This document shows positions 12,790-25,399 of a DNA stretch of 64,000 bases, one piece after another. The translations under genes and the position numbers were made by a program. The notes beneath the pieces were generated by a model. That model saw only the letters and a program-made list of their open reading frames with translations, was not told the origin of the DNA and searched no databases. The stretch is from contig OZ234493.1 in the NCBI GenBank assembly GCA_965153455.1, forward strand, positions 6,014,001-6,078,000, read 5' to 3'. The DNA is from Sphagnum compactum (taxonomy: Eukaryota). Numbering within the stretch: position 1 is the first letter of the stretch; every line of letters starts with the position of its first letter.

Positions 12790-15700
12790 CAATGTTTTTT
12801 TAAAGGCAAAAATCGCCAAATTTCTCCAAAAAAATGGGTTAGCCACATGTAACCTTAGATTTTAAAGGTGAAATTTGGCACTTTTCGCCTTAAAACATCA
12901 TGACCCTAAAATGTCACCTAAAAATCTACTCATTTATGAAACCTTTTGTTGATTCAAGATGGAACAACGTTGGCAAATTGCCAAACCACCTTTAGATAAA
13001 ACCTTAAATCACCTACCTAATTGTAAAGGCTGTTGGATTTTCGCCACTTTTTCCCCTTGCATCTTGGATGTTCACCAAACCCTCCCTCTCCCACACAAAA
13101 CCTTTCACCATTCTTCCTCCTTGTTTGTCTATGTCACCAATGGCCACTTTATGGACTTTGGAATGACGAGTCTAGAGTTTGGACCCTATAGTCTAGAAGT
13201 TTGGAGTTGGAAACCTAAAAGGCCTTGAGCTTGCAGGTCATTTGCAAATTACAAGTTACACTTTGGTTTTTAATTTTTTGGTGATCTTTTGGATGCTTCG
13301 GCTTGGAAGTTGGTAGCCTATTGCCTAATTTTATTCTTTCAAAATTTAGAGTTCATTGTTCCACCTTTCAAAATTGAATGTGGTACTGGAATTAATTTGT
13401 TGATTTTGAATCATATCATGTATGCGCATTGATTTCCTTTGGCTCATGAGCATTAAGCATGGTAATCTATTTCAAGTTTCAAAATTTATGTCCTAAAGTG
13501 ATCAAATTTGTGGGCGTGAAGTACATTGGATCATGGGTGAATTGAAATGCATTTGTTATTTGTGTTGGATGTTGTAACTTGTTAGTTATATTTTTCTAGG
13601 GTTTCTATTTGTTTTTGTGGTTCGTTGTGCACATTTGTGCTTATGTGAAACTTGTATTTAGTTGTTGTCTTTTTCTTTCAACTCTGCTTGAAGATGCCAC
13701 CTTTTAAATTGCCCTTAAACTTCAAATTCAAATATTTCTACAACTCTCACAACCCTAACAATGGCACCCTTCTTGCTGCATGTGATGTGGCTTCTAGTAT
13801 TAGGAGTTAACATTAATCTTTCTGTGAATTTGTTTCCTTAAAAGATAAGTAACATGTTATTGAAATTCTTTATTATATGTTTAAGTGCATCAAATTCTCC
13901 TACAACTGTTCTTAACATTGATTCTCTAGAGTTGCAAGAGGAATTGGATCAAAGTTCAATGTCACCACTAGAAGTTAATAGAACATAAACTTATGAATCA
14001 AAAAGGAAATTAGGTTTCATGGGCAACCAAGTTGGTTTGGGCCAGGAGTTGTAAGTGGGTTTGACAGTTGTGTGCATATAATGAAAGTGAAAAATTTGCT
14101 CAAAGGTTGAACATAAAGATAAATGACTGGCTCCCAAATGGGATTCACCCTAGAAACATACTAATAGAATGAAGGTTGATAAACCTATGAAAGGGGTGGA
14201 AAAAGGTGAGTGGTATACTAGTAAGGATTGTAAGCATAACATGCAATAATAAAGTTGTTTATGCTTCCAAAGGCACGGAATCTGTTTTGCAACAAATGAC
14301 TAATGGGCTGATTGGTGAGAAATGCAAAAAAATCATTTAATTTGCCACATTGTTCCACACATTAAAACATGGTAGGCCTATGCTTGAATATGGGCTCATA
14401 AGGATTTATTTGATTTTTTTAATCTTGAAGAGAACCCCAAAATGCATTAGATATACACATCAGGTTGGCCTATGGCTCAACACATGCATAACATTGTTTT
14501 GGAGGCCACAAAATTTGTTGTTGGAACAATTAATTACTTATCACTTACCTATGATGAAGTTAGTACCATCGACAACCATAACTAATTGTAAGTTCATGCA
14601 TATGTGGTTTGAATTGGTTGAAAATACCAATCCTCTTTTCCTTTGAATGTGGTGGTGGGATCAAGTGCTGATAATCAAATTCAAGTCCTGATGTAAGCAC
14701 TAATGTATGAAGGAGGTTTCACAAAAAATTGATTGGTAAGAGGCTCATGACCTTTGGTGCGAATAGGGTTTCTATTTCCCAAGGCACCATGTCAGGTGTT
14801 ACAAAACAAATTGCTGATGGTTGGGCTCCACATTCCATGGGGGTTGCATTGTATGGCTCATATAACCAACCTTGCGATTCAAACTTTGTCACATTTGTAA
14901 ATGGTGAGCATAATTGAAGGTTTGTTTCAAACCTTGTACAATTATTTTTCCAAAAGCCCTAAAAGGCATTTGGAATTTTCGAAACTAGTAGAGCTCATGG
15001 AAACAAAGGGGCCAAGATTTTGAAGAATGTGAAAACCCATTGGATATTTATGTTGTCCCTTGCTTGACACGTTATGACAAAATACAAAACATTGCTAATG
15101 AAGATGACCCTTGATGGTCCCACCAATGAAAAGGCAAAGGCGAATTTTGATCTTCTTTGTGGTGTACGTGTAGATTTTTTGGGGCTTGGTACCATTCACC
15201 CATTGTTGCAGTTTGTCCATAACCTGATCAAATTCAATCAATTGTGAGGTGTTTCATTTGTGATTTTGTGGCAACAACAAAAGTGTGCCAAGGGGAGATA
15301 TATAAATTAAACATGGACTTTAACATGAAGTTCAAGTCTAATGCATTTGAGGCTTATAATTTTTTGTTATATGCTAAACATGATTTAATAATCATGTGTT
15401 GGATGATGGATTTGAACGTTAGAGTGGAACATTTGGCATTTGATGCTAACCAACACCACATTTGGGCTACTCAGTTTAATATGTAGACTTATGAAGTCTT
15501 TTATGTGAAAAGGGAAATCTATGCTACAATTGTCACTCAAGTAGAGGTAGAATGTTCAGGTTAAACCCTAAACCCAAACCCACTTTGTATTTTATTTCCT
15601 GAGTTTTAATTTTGTCCACTTTCTTTTCAATTGAATTGAATTAACAAATTGGATTTGGGTCGTAGTGGATATCGAATGCCTTGTTAAAGAGTTGCAAGGA

Positions 15701-16912
15701 AGATTCATGGCATCATGGATAATTTAGGTGTGGTTTACCCAAAATATTGGTTGTAGTCTGATGCAGAAGAATGCTTCAACAAACATCTGGATGTGACTAA
15801 GGTTGCCTTTTGCCACCCCAAGAAATTGGATAATATTGATGTATGGGTCCTTGAAATGTAGTTAGTAACTTCCCTTGACATTCAACAATCTTTCTTCAAG
15901 CTGGCCATGAAATCAAATGCATGTGCTACCATGGTTAAGCCACTTGATGTTAATCCACTAACACATCTTTGGCAAACTCTTCCAACATCTAAAATGTTTA
16001 CTTGTTCTTTTTCAGAATATTTCAAGTTGGCTAAGATTGCCATGGTACAAGTCCTTGGTAGTGTGGAGGATGAACAATGCTTTAGCTCTTTGGCAATTTG
16101 CAAATCCAAAATTGTGCAATCAACTTACTACAAACTTGGGTTTAGTGGTTAAAACGTTCTCCCAAAAATTTTACACCTTGCGTAATTTTCCATATGCTAA
16201 AACATATGAACAATGGCATGCAAAACGTCCTCCATATGGTGTGAGAACTTAGGTTTAGAGCTCTTGAATGTCAACTTAACTCAACAATTCTTTATGCAAA
16301 AGTTGGTATTGTCCTTGGGTTTTACTAGCCTTGCAAGTTGCAATTGTTTGTTGATTTTTTGTGTAAGTGAAGTTGGTGAATCCCACATGGATACCACTTC
16401 TTATTTGCAACTCACCCCTATTTTCCCCCAAGTTTATGTTTTATTCTTATGTCTTAATGAGATGATCCTAATGTGGTTTTTATGTTGTGTTTAATTAACC
16501 TTGTTTTGTAGGCCACTTATGCTGCAACAAAAAGGTTCAATTCCCTTATAAGTGATTGTTTGTTTTTTGTTTCCAGTTTGTATAACTTATGTGTATGTGG
16601 TCAGCGAGTCACTAGTTTGTTGCAGTGAATTTGAGCAATGTGGTTTTGTTCAAGATTCAAAGTTGTATGTTTTTGAGTTCTCTTTACATGGTCCTTGTTT
16701 TTGTTGTTCATTTGGCTAATTGTTGAAGTTTGAACCTATGGAAATTGGAATTGGACTTTAAGCTCTTCATAGTTCACTAAAAGATTGCTTAAATTTCTCT
16801 TTTTTAGAATTGGCAAGAGCCAAAAATAGCCACCTTGGAAAACAATTAATCGCCTAATTGAACTCCATTCCCTTTAATCTTTCGTCAAAAGCTTACTTTT
16901 AAAAAAATCTTA
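12790..16912 (+). mobile_element. Decayed hAT-superfamily DNA transposon (ZNF862-like transposase pseudogene), about 4.1 kb
   Basis: Frameshifted fragments from ~14000 to 16250: FHTLKHGRPMLEY, LMTFGANRVSISQGTMSGVTKQI, and a C-terminal dimerisation-like stretch EYFKLAKIAMVQVLGSVEDEQCFSSL..KSK/LCNQLTTNLGLVVKTFSQKFYTLRNFPY. Degenerate TIR pair CAATGTTTTTTTAAAGGCAA (12790) and rc of 16893-16912 match at 15/20. No clear TSD. Confidence 0.75.
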
Positions 16913-17504
16913 TAACCAGCTGGATTTTATCTTTGCTCATTTTCAATCCCAAATGGAGGTCTGTAAATGGCTATAGGGGCATACATATCTCCTTTGAATG
17001 TTTAGGGCTGACATGTGCTCTCTGAGAGCTTATGTGTTCACTCACTGACCCATCTACCCTTCATCAATGTCCATTTTAATTTTAATTCCAGTGATTGCAA
17101 TGTAAACTTTCAGCACCAAATTTTAGATGTAATTTATCATGCACAGTATTAATTGCAAACCCATATGTCACCACTCTCATCACATTTATGTCAAGTCTTA
17201 AATCTGCAAGAAAGATAAGTATCACATTGGGAACATGGAATTTTGAATCAAAAGATAATTGCAAGATTTATGCTATCAGATGATTATTCATACACCAAAG
17301 ACCCTTTTCCCACAACCATCCATGTGCAGAATAATCACCCTCAATTTTCTCAATAATTTGATGTCACATTGTTTTAACTGCATGATTGTAGGTCTATCAT
17401 ACCAGAATTTGCAGAGGCTGTTCAAAAAACAAAGAAGATACTGCACACCAAGCTAATGGACATATTGAAGCAAGGCAAATTAGCAGTAAGAAAATGTAGA
17501 CAAA

Positions 17505-20500
17505 CTAGCTGACATATTCAGGAACAATTGTGACCTCTGGTTCAATCACTGGAATGGCTGGTTGAAGTTTATATAGCACATCTGGAACACCGGATTCATC
17601 TCTTGCAACCTGTGCACCCGAATATGCATCCCTCTTTGCTTGTCAGTTATTAGTGAAGATTGTTCAGCATATCCGATCTTAAAGTTGCAATAGGAAAGAT
17701 TCGTGATAAAGGAGGGAAAGATGAGGCCTCACTACAAGCTTTGAACATGTGATGTAATAACTTAAATTTTAAAAAAATTGTACAGTGCAATTTCAAGGGA
17801 AACAGGGAATGAAACACAATGTGACCTGAAAGAGAAATGTTCGAAAGTCAACTGGAAATAGGAAGACAAAAGGCAGGAGAAAGAGAAACATACCAGGATC
17901 TCCTCATCCAAGTATGATATAAGGAGCAACCGCTCATAAGTACCCGCTGTTGTACCCATCCCCACAAATGGATAACTGACTGTCAGACTAGTCCTCACAA
18001 CATAGATATCAAAAGAGTGACATCCCCCAAACATGAGCCTCCCATGAACCACCTTGGTTGCCATGTACTTTTAATTGGAGACATCATGTCCAATTGACCT
18101 TAAAAGCAGCATCTTTAGAGACCAAATGCTACTACAACCCTGGATAAGAAATTGCATTGTTATTCAGGAGCTTTCCAACATAAAGTTCCCTGACAAATAG
18201 GAAACTCCCATGGACATCCTCATAGGATCTATCTATCCTGAAGCAAGCAGCACCCTCAAGGAACAAAAATTCAAGTTGTTCTCACAAAATGGACATGGCT
18301 GAAACAGAGTTAGATGGAAGAAACCCTTTACTATCTGGCGGAGTTGAACAGAAGGCAAGAACTTGATCTGGACCTTAAGATAGCTACAACAGAAAGAAGA
18401 GACTGGGGAGCAATAAAATGGGCCCATTGGAAGCTGAAACAAAAAAATTGTGACTCTTTAATGTTCAACCACAACTCATAAGGCAATGGACCACAACGAT
18501 TGATGGCTTCTGAAGCTGTGCATAGCCTCATGCAGAAAACCCCAAGTCTCTTGTTCTCATACACAATGACCTTGCCAAAAAGTACAAAAAGAGTTCCCAC
18601 ACACACTCTACTATATGCAGCAAATGAGATACTCAAACTTCTGAACAATGAATTGCCCTACTGAATTTGCTAACATTTGGTAAGAGCACAAGTGCATTGA
18701 TACATCTAGTCAAGTTTCAATACATTAGAAGTTGTGAGGAACCTTACTGAGAGGGACTTTAACACCACTGGCAAGGACTTCCTTTACAGGATTTGGAAGG
18801 CGCTCAACAGCTGCAACCAATTGGCCATATGCGCCCTTCAATTGAGATGGGATGTTACTCTCCAACACACTGGGAGATGCCAGAACTCCCTCCACATACT
18901 CCTCCTTTAATCTTGTTGGTCCTTCTGCTATAAGCTTTGTTGACAATGTGAGACTGGTTTCAACCTGTCAACTTTCAAGCATTAGTACACCCATAGAATG
19001 AAAGTCCTTGTAACCTGTACATTTTTGGTTTCCATTGTACAGACTTGCAGAAACAAGGGTCTGTGTTCACACATTTCTCTGTTTGCAAACTGATAAATAT
19101 GCAACTAGTGTTCATTGTCACTTGAGGGCAGCAACCTTGGAAGCTCAGAAACTATTTTTCTGGTAATAAGTGTCAAACATAATGCATAAAAGGAGGGACA
19201 ACACAAAATAAAAGAGAGCTTACTGTGTTAAAGAGTTTAAGGCTAGCAGTAGCCTTTGTGGTGCCATCTAGTATGATGATATTTATTGACTTGATGGTAG
19301 CCAACACTGAAGGAAACCTCCTGAAGAATGACATGATCCTCATTTTCTGTGATGCTGTCTTTATTGCAAAACCCACATTATTGACAGTAACCCCAAACAA
19401 TTTGCAACTTTCAGGAAGGTACATTCACAGCAGACATGATATACTCCCTGAACCAACAACCTGATTGATTAAAACGTGCAAGGGAAGTTGAGCTACCACT
19501 TCTTTTCAGCCCCATTTATTGCAGCTTTTTTCTTCATGAGATTACATCTTGACAGATCCTAAGATTATTCCAAAGAAGCCAAGAATGCCCTATTCATTTG
19601 TGAGACTAGAAAGACTTTTTCAGTTCTTCCTCAACCTGGAGGATGGTTGTGGAAGAAAATTTACCTGAGCAATGTTCGGGCAGCAATCACACCAGGACTG
19701 CGAGCTCCAGCCCATTTGAATTCCCACAGACCTTCCAATAATGGTGACCTGATCAAATCCCCAGATGTACAGTGAGGAGCAATTTTACCCATTCTGGTGC
19801 CCTAACAAACATTATCCATTTGTTGAGGTATTTGTACAAGGGATGCTTCCTGGACTCAGTGAAATCCAGATGTCTAGGGCATGCAAATCCAGTAAACAAC
19901 AAGAAGAAAAAAACTCAGCTCTATTGCCCTTGCTAAGAAGATGTGCTGTCCCTTCTTATGTAGCTAAAGTTTACCAATCTAAAGAGAGAGAGGGGAACGG
20001 GGTTCAGTACGTGGTTGGCCTGGGGGTAGGGTTCAACCGCTCCAAGACGAGTAGTTTCTCACCCACAGTGATGCGCCCTACTTTGTCTTCGTTCCCAGAC
20101 ACTAGTGCATCCACGCCTCCAGCATCTGCAATCTGCAGAGATGATGACAAACCAGTTCCACCAGTTTACAAACCTTCTCGAAATCAATTCAAGTCCCATT
20201 GTGCTCTGAGGTTTGGTCGTGACTGGCTCGTTTGCTTTACAAGAAAGCGCAGCAGGTTCTCTCAGAGGAGAGAGATTAACGACACGAAATTCTTTTAGAA
20301 ACGTCCAAGGCGGCTACAATATCTAGAGGTCAGAAAAAAGACGACGAATATCTTCGTACAACGTCAAAAGACACATCCCTGAATGCGGAAGAAAAACAAC
20401 TCTAAAGCACAAAAGGCGCTGTGACAAGTTTTAACCTAGACGAAGACAGAGACAAATCTCAAGCCACAAGATAGTACCAAAGCCCCAAGAGAAGAAAGTG

Positions 20501-20923
20501 CCACCAATTTGTATCAATTGCAACAGAAAAACGATTCACAGGAGAAAAACAGACAGAAAGTAGTACCGCAAGTAAGAGAGCTTCCTTTGCTGCATCCCTC
20601 TCGAGCTCCTTAGCAGACAACGGCGTTTGATTCCCAGAGGAAGCAACTACCCCTCTCCAAAGCTGCCGCTTCCCTTCTTGCATCCATCGGCTACCCGGCC
20701 GCTGTAAAAACACAAGAACATCACCTCCTCCTCCTCCTCCTGCTCCTCCCACGAAACTGGAACACAAAAAAGGAGCGGAATTATGTCTCCTCCTCATCAT
20801 CCTCAGGGTACACAGACGGGGAGCAGGAGTGGAGCGCCATTGCACAGGAGGAGGAGTTTGAGCGATGCCGAAACAAGGCGAACAAGACACAAACAACAAA
20901 CCCCCCTCGCATGCTTGCGCCAT
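17505..20923 (-). CDS. FBN7: Plastid lipid-associated protein / fibrillin, FBN7 (PGL34)-like, 7 exons, about 344 aa
   Basis: Exons (minus strand): 20923-20567, 20132-20011, 19748-19665, 19320-19224, 18964-18748, 17946-17894, 17609-17505. All introns are GT-AG and in phase (1035 nt). The peptide has a transit-peptide-like N-terminus, then ADAGGVDALVSG...LERLNPTPRPTTSPLLEGLWEFKW...EGPTRLKEEYVEG...GTYERLLLISYLDEEILVARDESGVPDVL, which I recognise as the FBN7 group. Confidence 0.9.
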
Positions 20924-21137
20924 CGCCGTCGCAAAACTCTTCACACCAAAAGCACCAAGCGCACCGAGTTCATTCAATTTGCACCATTACCATTCCATAG
21001 AGTGCAAGCGGAGTGTCAGTGCATATGGTGTTATTTTTTCCTTTCTTTCTTTCTTTCTTTTGGAGTTGTGTTTGGAGGTCTTTTTCAGACACTTTTTATT
21101 TTGTTTTGGAACACAACTAGAGTTATCCGTAAAGTCT

Positions 21138-21210
21138 CGTGATTAGGGGGTGAGAATGGCCAGTTTCATGATTAGGGGTTGAGAAGGCCAGTTTCAGCAA
21201 ATTAGGGCCT
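21138..21210 (+). repeat. Short tandem repeat (~29 bp, 2.5 units) in the FBN7 promoter region
   Basis: TGATTAGGGG(G/T)TGAGAA(T)GGCCAGTTTCA occurs twice, plus a partial ATTAGGG. Confidence 0.75.
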
Positions 21211-21819
21211 CAAATGTGTAACTGGGAATGAAAATTTTCACAAAACAAAATAACTAGGACCCAAACTAGTTTTTCCACCAATTTTGGTGATAAACTGAGT
21301 TTCATCCTGTTTTTCCTTTTTCCTGAGCGCCTCCACTCTGCCACGTATGATGCTCTTGACCTTTACAACCACTACAATCACTCGCAAACCTTGTGCATTA
21401 AATGCTGAGTTTCAGCATTTCATACTGAGATTTGAAGTATGTTTTTTCATTAGTACCAGGGAATATGACAGCATTGGTGTGGTAAATAGCCTATTGTTTT
21501 TTGAAATTCTGTGGTTGGTAATGGTCTATGGGGGAGGCCATTACCAAAATAAGGGGCAAACGCAAGGCGAAGCCTTTCAGTGCCTTCATTATTCTAGTGC
21601 CTAGTTCTTTAACTTCACTTTAAGGCTTTAGGATTAAGATTTTTGAATATTTTTTCAAAATTTTTACAGGCCACAAACTAATCAACAATGTTCATAACAA
21701 AGCTCTAATATTTAAACAAAAATATATCATCACGTTTCAAAGAGTATACAAGATAGACAAACATTAAATTAGATCTTTTTCAATTCGTTTCATTCAAATG
21801 GGCTTGCAAATTCATTTAA

Positions 21820-23960
21820 TTCCTCCTTTAAATTTAATTTAGAGTCCAATTTATTAGGAGCCTTGCAACCCACCCTTGGATCATTCGATCAATTTTTTTA
21901 TTCACAAAAAGTAATTTATCAAGGTTATCTTATTGCAAGGAGCATCTCTTCAAATTGATGAAAATTCTAGCAAGAGAATAACATCTTTGAGAACATATAA
22001 TCCTAATATTTGTCTAACTAAAAAGTCAACAATAGGGAACATGATTTTATGTTTCTTTCACCGTTCCAATAACCATTTGATATTTTTTGTATCCACCCGA
22101 TACTTATGAAATATCAACAGATTTTGATTAACTAGTTCCTTTGTAAGTTCACTAGTGTTGGCCACCATTTCGAAAATGTCCAATTTGCTATCTTCATCAA
22201 ATTTGTGAACAAAGAAACTTTCAACCTCAAAGAATGGATGCAAATGACAATAAGATTTCAAGAGCATTAAAAACAAAGATTTCACAATATGTTCCAACTA
22301 TGGCCACCCCATGTTCACGACCAATAAATGAAGACATCAATCTCAAACTATTGAATCTAATATCTAACATCAATGCTAACACATTTTGGGTTCTTCTTTC
22401 ATCACATGTTGTCTAGAAAGAAAGGAAAGAATCAACAACACTAATGACTTCCTTCTTAATGTTCTTTGCAAAAGTTCTCAAGACAATATATTCAAGCCAT
22501 AATCATCATCATCAACCAAAGCATCCAACATAGGGCGATGGTTGAATTTTCCCTTTAGCTCATAGATATGGTTGCATTCAAAGCATCATTCAGCAACTAT
22601 TGACACCTAATTAGTTTAAGATGCAAGTAATGCCAACAAGAAACAAAATGTCTATTATAGTTTGTGATAGTGAATGGATGAGGAACACATCTAATGACCT
22701 TAGGACTAGTCTACTTGTTATAACAAAGGGCAATGGTTTTTATGAATTGAAAGGCTTTTTGAAACATGATTACTTTGCTTACAAACCTACACAATTCACA
22801 TTCCCAATCAAAAAACAACATCTTGAAGTAAAAACAATAAAAGGAAAAAGAAACCAGAACGAATAACTTACATTTTACCTTGTTTTGATTAACATGTTCA
22901 AATTTTTTAACTTGAGGCTTGCAGTAATGCAAACCATCATCGTCTTGAATTCCTTTCCTTGACTTTTTAAGCCACATTATATATTTTTGCAAATTTGTTT
23001 GCATATATTTAATGGAAACATATTTCAAGCATTTTTTCTTCAACAATTGCATATGGGCAACCTTTAAAGAAGACGTGTCCAAAACAAATCCCATGAAAAC
23101 TTTCCATCACACCCAAAGCCTCACAACTTATTATTAACTTCAAAGCAGTTGTCATGTATTCACTTTCATTTTTAACATAAACAACAATATTTTTGGTCAA
23201 ACCATATTGCTTTAAAAGGTCTTGCAAACTTCTTGCCAATGTTTGCCTTGATGTTTTAAATGCTTCAAATAAACTAATTATAATGTGTTTTGGCATTCAA
23301 TCTTTTCCCAATAAATTTACAACTAGTGCAAAACATCATGTGCTCTTTGGACATTCACAAATCAAAGTTTGCATTATTAGAAACACATTCTTCCCAAATT
23401 GATAAGATATGTTTATTTCGTCTTCTCAACCAAGTTTAATAACACTTTCTAACCAAAGGGTTTTTTAGAAGGGACAATAACATGAAGGCATAACTACATT
23501 ACCAAATGTTTCAGCCAAATATTATCAACAAATTAATAAATGGGAAAATGGTTTTTGACAATGAATAAACCCAAATTATCCATTCATAAAAATGCATGCA
23601 CATTATTCTTTTAAAAAGGAGGCCCCAAAATGTTTTTAAATTGCACTTGCATTCATTGTAAGCCTTTTCTTTGCAAGTAGTATTTCCAATGACTTTTTAG
23701 GTTGATGTTCATTTTTTCTTCAATTTTTTTGGCAATTTATCCATGGCTTGCATCCACATGTCTTTTTAATGTAGTTATTCCATTATTTTTGATATATAAA
23801 ACAATACCTTTTTTCAACCTTGTTCTTTGTTCCAAAATTGCATGACCTATTGGTTTATTATAACATATAATATAATGCATGACTTACAACACTTTAACAT
23901 CAATTGGCGATTCATCATTGACACAAAAAATGCCCAAGTTAAATTTTTTTTGCCATGGGT
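21820..23960 (-). mobile_element. Second decayed hAT transposase pseudogene (Ac-like)
   Basis: Minus-strand fragments: DL.MSK..HDVFALVVNLLGKD.MPKHIIISLFEA..TSRQTLARSLQDLLKQYGLTK, then GICFGHVF (CxxH), then a hAT dimerisation-type tail (MFPIVDFLVRQILG...NLDKLLFVNK...NDPRVGCK) near 21860-22060. Many stops and frameshifts. Confidence 0.8.
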
Positions 23961-24399
23961 CTCCAATTTAACCTTTGTTCATGCAATTTTTTCATTATTA
24001 ATTGCATTATATCATCATTTTTTGGTTGAAAACTTGAAATTTCTTTAGACCTCCCACTTTCAATTCTTCTTTCCATTCTTAATTCATTTTCTTTCATGAA
24101 CACATCACATCCCTCATTTTAAAATCTTGCCCTCATAAGCCAAAATTAACAAAACAAAACAATTATATTGTTTTTAGCTTTGCAGAATGTGAAAGAAAAC
24201 ACATGCACTCATAAATTATTCACAAATATGACCCACTTTTCATTGAAGACATGATGCAAGCAAAGTGCCCAAGGTTGATGGAGACATGCAAACAAAAAAT
24301 TGACACAAAATGTCCTTTAACAATATAAGGCAAAAGTTTAAGGTCCAACTATTACTTTGATGCCATCCAGGGTTAAACTATCAAAACGCACATGAGCCC

Positions 24400-25180
24400 A
24401 TCTTCTTCCATTGATCAAAATCCTATGAAAAAAGTTCCTTATGCTAGTGTTGTAGGGCACCTAACTTATTTCACAACAACAACATGACCAAATTTGTCAT
24501 ATTCAATGGGTCATTGTGTTCAATTTATGTCCAACCTTGATTCAAGTCATTGGAGTGTTGTAAAGAAAATCTTTCATTACTTACAATTTACTCGAGCCAT
24601 AAGGTTGACTTACTCTTCTTACAATTTATGGTTGCAAGGTTATATTAAGGCAGATAAGGTTAGTGATGTTGATACACAAAAATCCACATGTGGTTATATT
24701 TTCCTATTCAAAGATGGGGCAATCTCTTGGCAATGTTGCAAGCAAATGACCATGATTTTTGTCTTCAATAGAAAACAAATACATTACAATAGTCTTTACT
24801 ACTAATGAGGCCATTTAGCTAAAATCCTTCAAGATTTGGTTCAAGATTCCTACTACTATACCTAAACATATTACATTAAATTGTGATGATCAATCTTGCA
24901 TTTCATTAACTAAAACCCCTTGTTTTCATCATCACACAAAGCAAATTGAACTCCAATACCATTTTTTACACAATAAAGGGAAAAAAAAAAGTCACCATAA
25001 AACATTTCCCCACCAATGATATGTGGGTTAATTTACTTATTGAAGCCTTTCCTCAACCTAGACATATGAAATGTTGCACAATTATTGGACTTACAAAAAA
25101 ATTATCATTAATCCCCATGTAGTTATAGCTAAATGAGGAATATTCAATATAGAAATGATTACTTGGATAGGGAATGTTAG
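24400..25180 (+). mobile_element. Ty1/copia retrotransposon RT-RNaseH remnant with polypurine tract and probable 3' LTR start
   Basis: KVPYASVVGHL, SYSMGHCVQFMSN..SSHWSVVKKIFHYL, DVDTQKSTCGYIFLFKDGAISW, CDDQSCISLTKTPCFHHHTKQIELQYHF. A purine tract GGATAGGGAA is followed by TGTTAG at 25175. Confidence 0.85.
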
Positions 25181-25399
25181 AATTATGTATTTAGTTCTTA
25201 GGTCATGAAGAGGTGCAACCCTTCAAGTATAAAGAATTTTAGTTCTTTTGAAGAGGTATGACTTCATAAACTTGAGGGTGAAACACATTTAAAGCTTTTA
25301 TGGTTGGGAGGAGAACTTATTTCTTTGCACTATAATGTAATGTAATATTATACTCTTAAATATCAACATAATCATCACCATTATTATAGCATAATGTAC

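Noticed and set aside
19765..20298. 177-aa plus-strand ORF
   Set aside because: Antisense to FBN7 exon 2 and its introns, with no recognisable domain.
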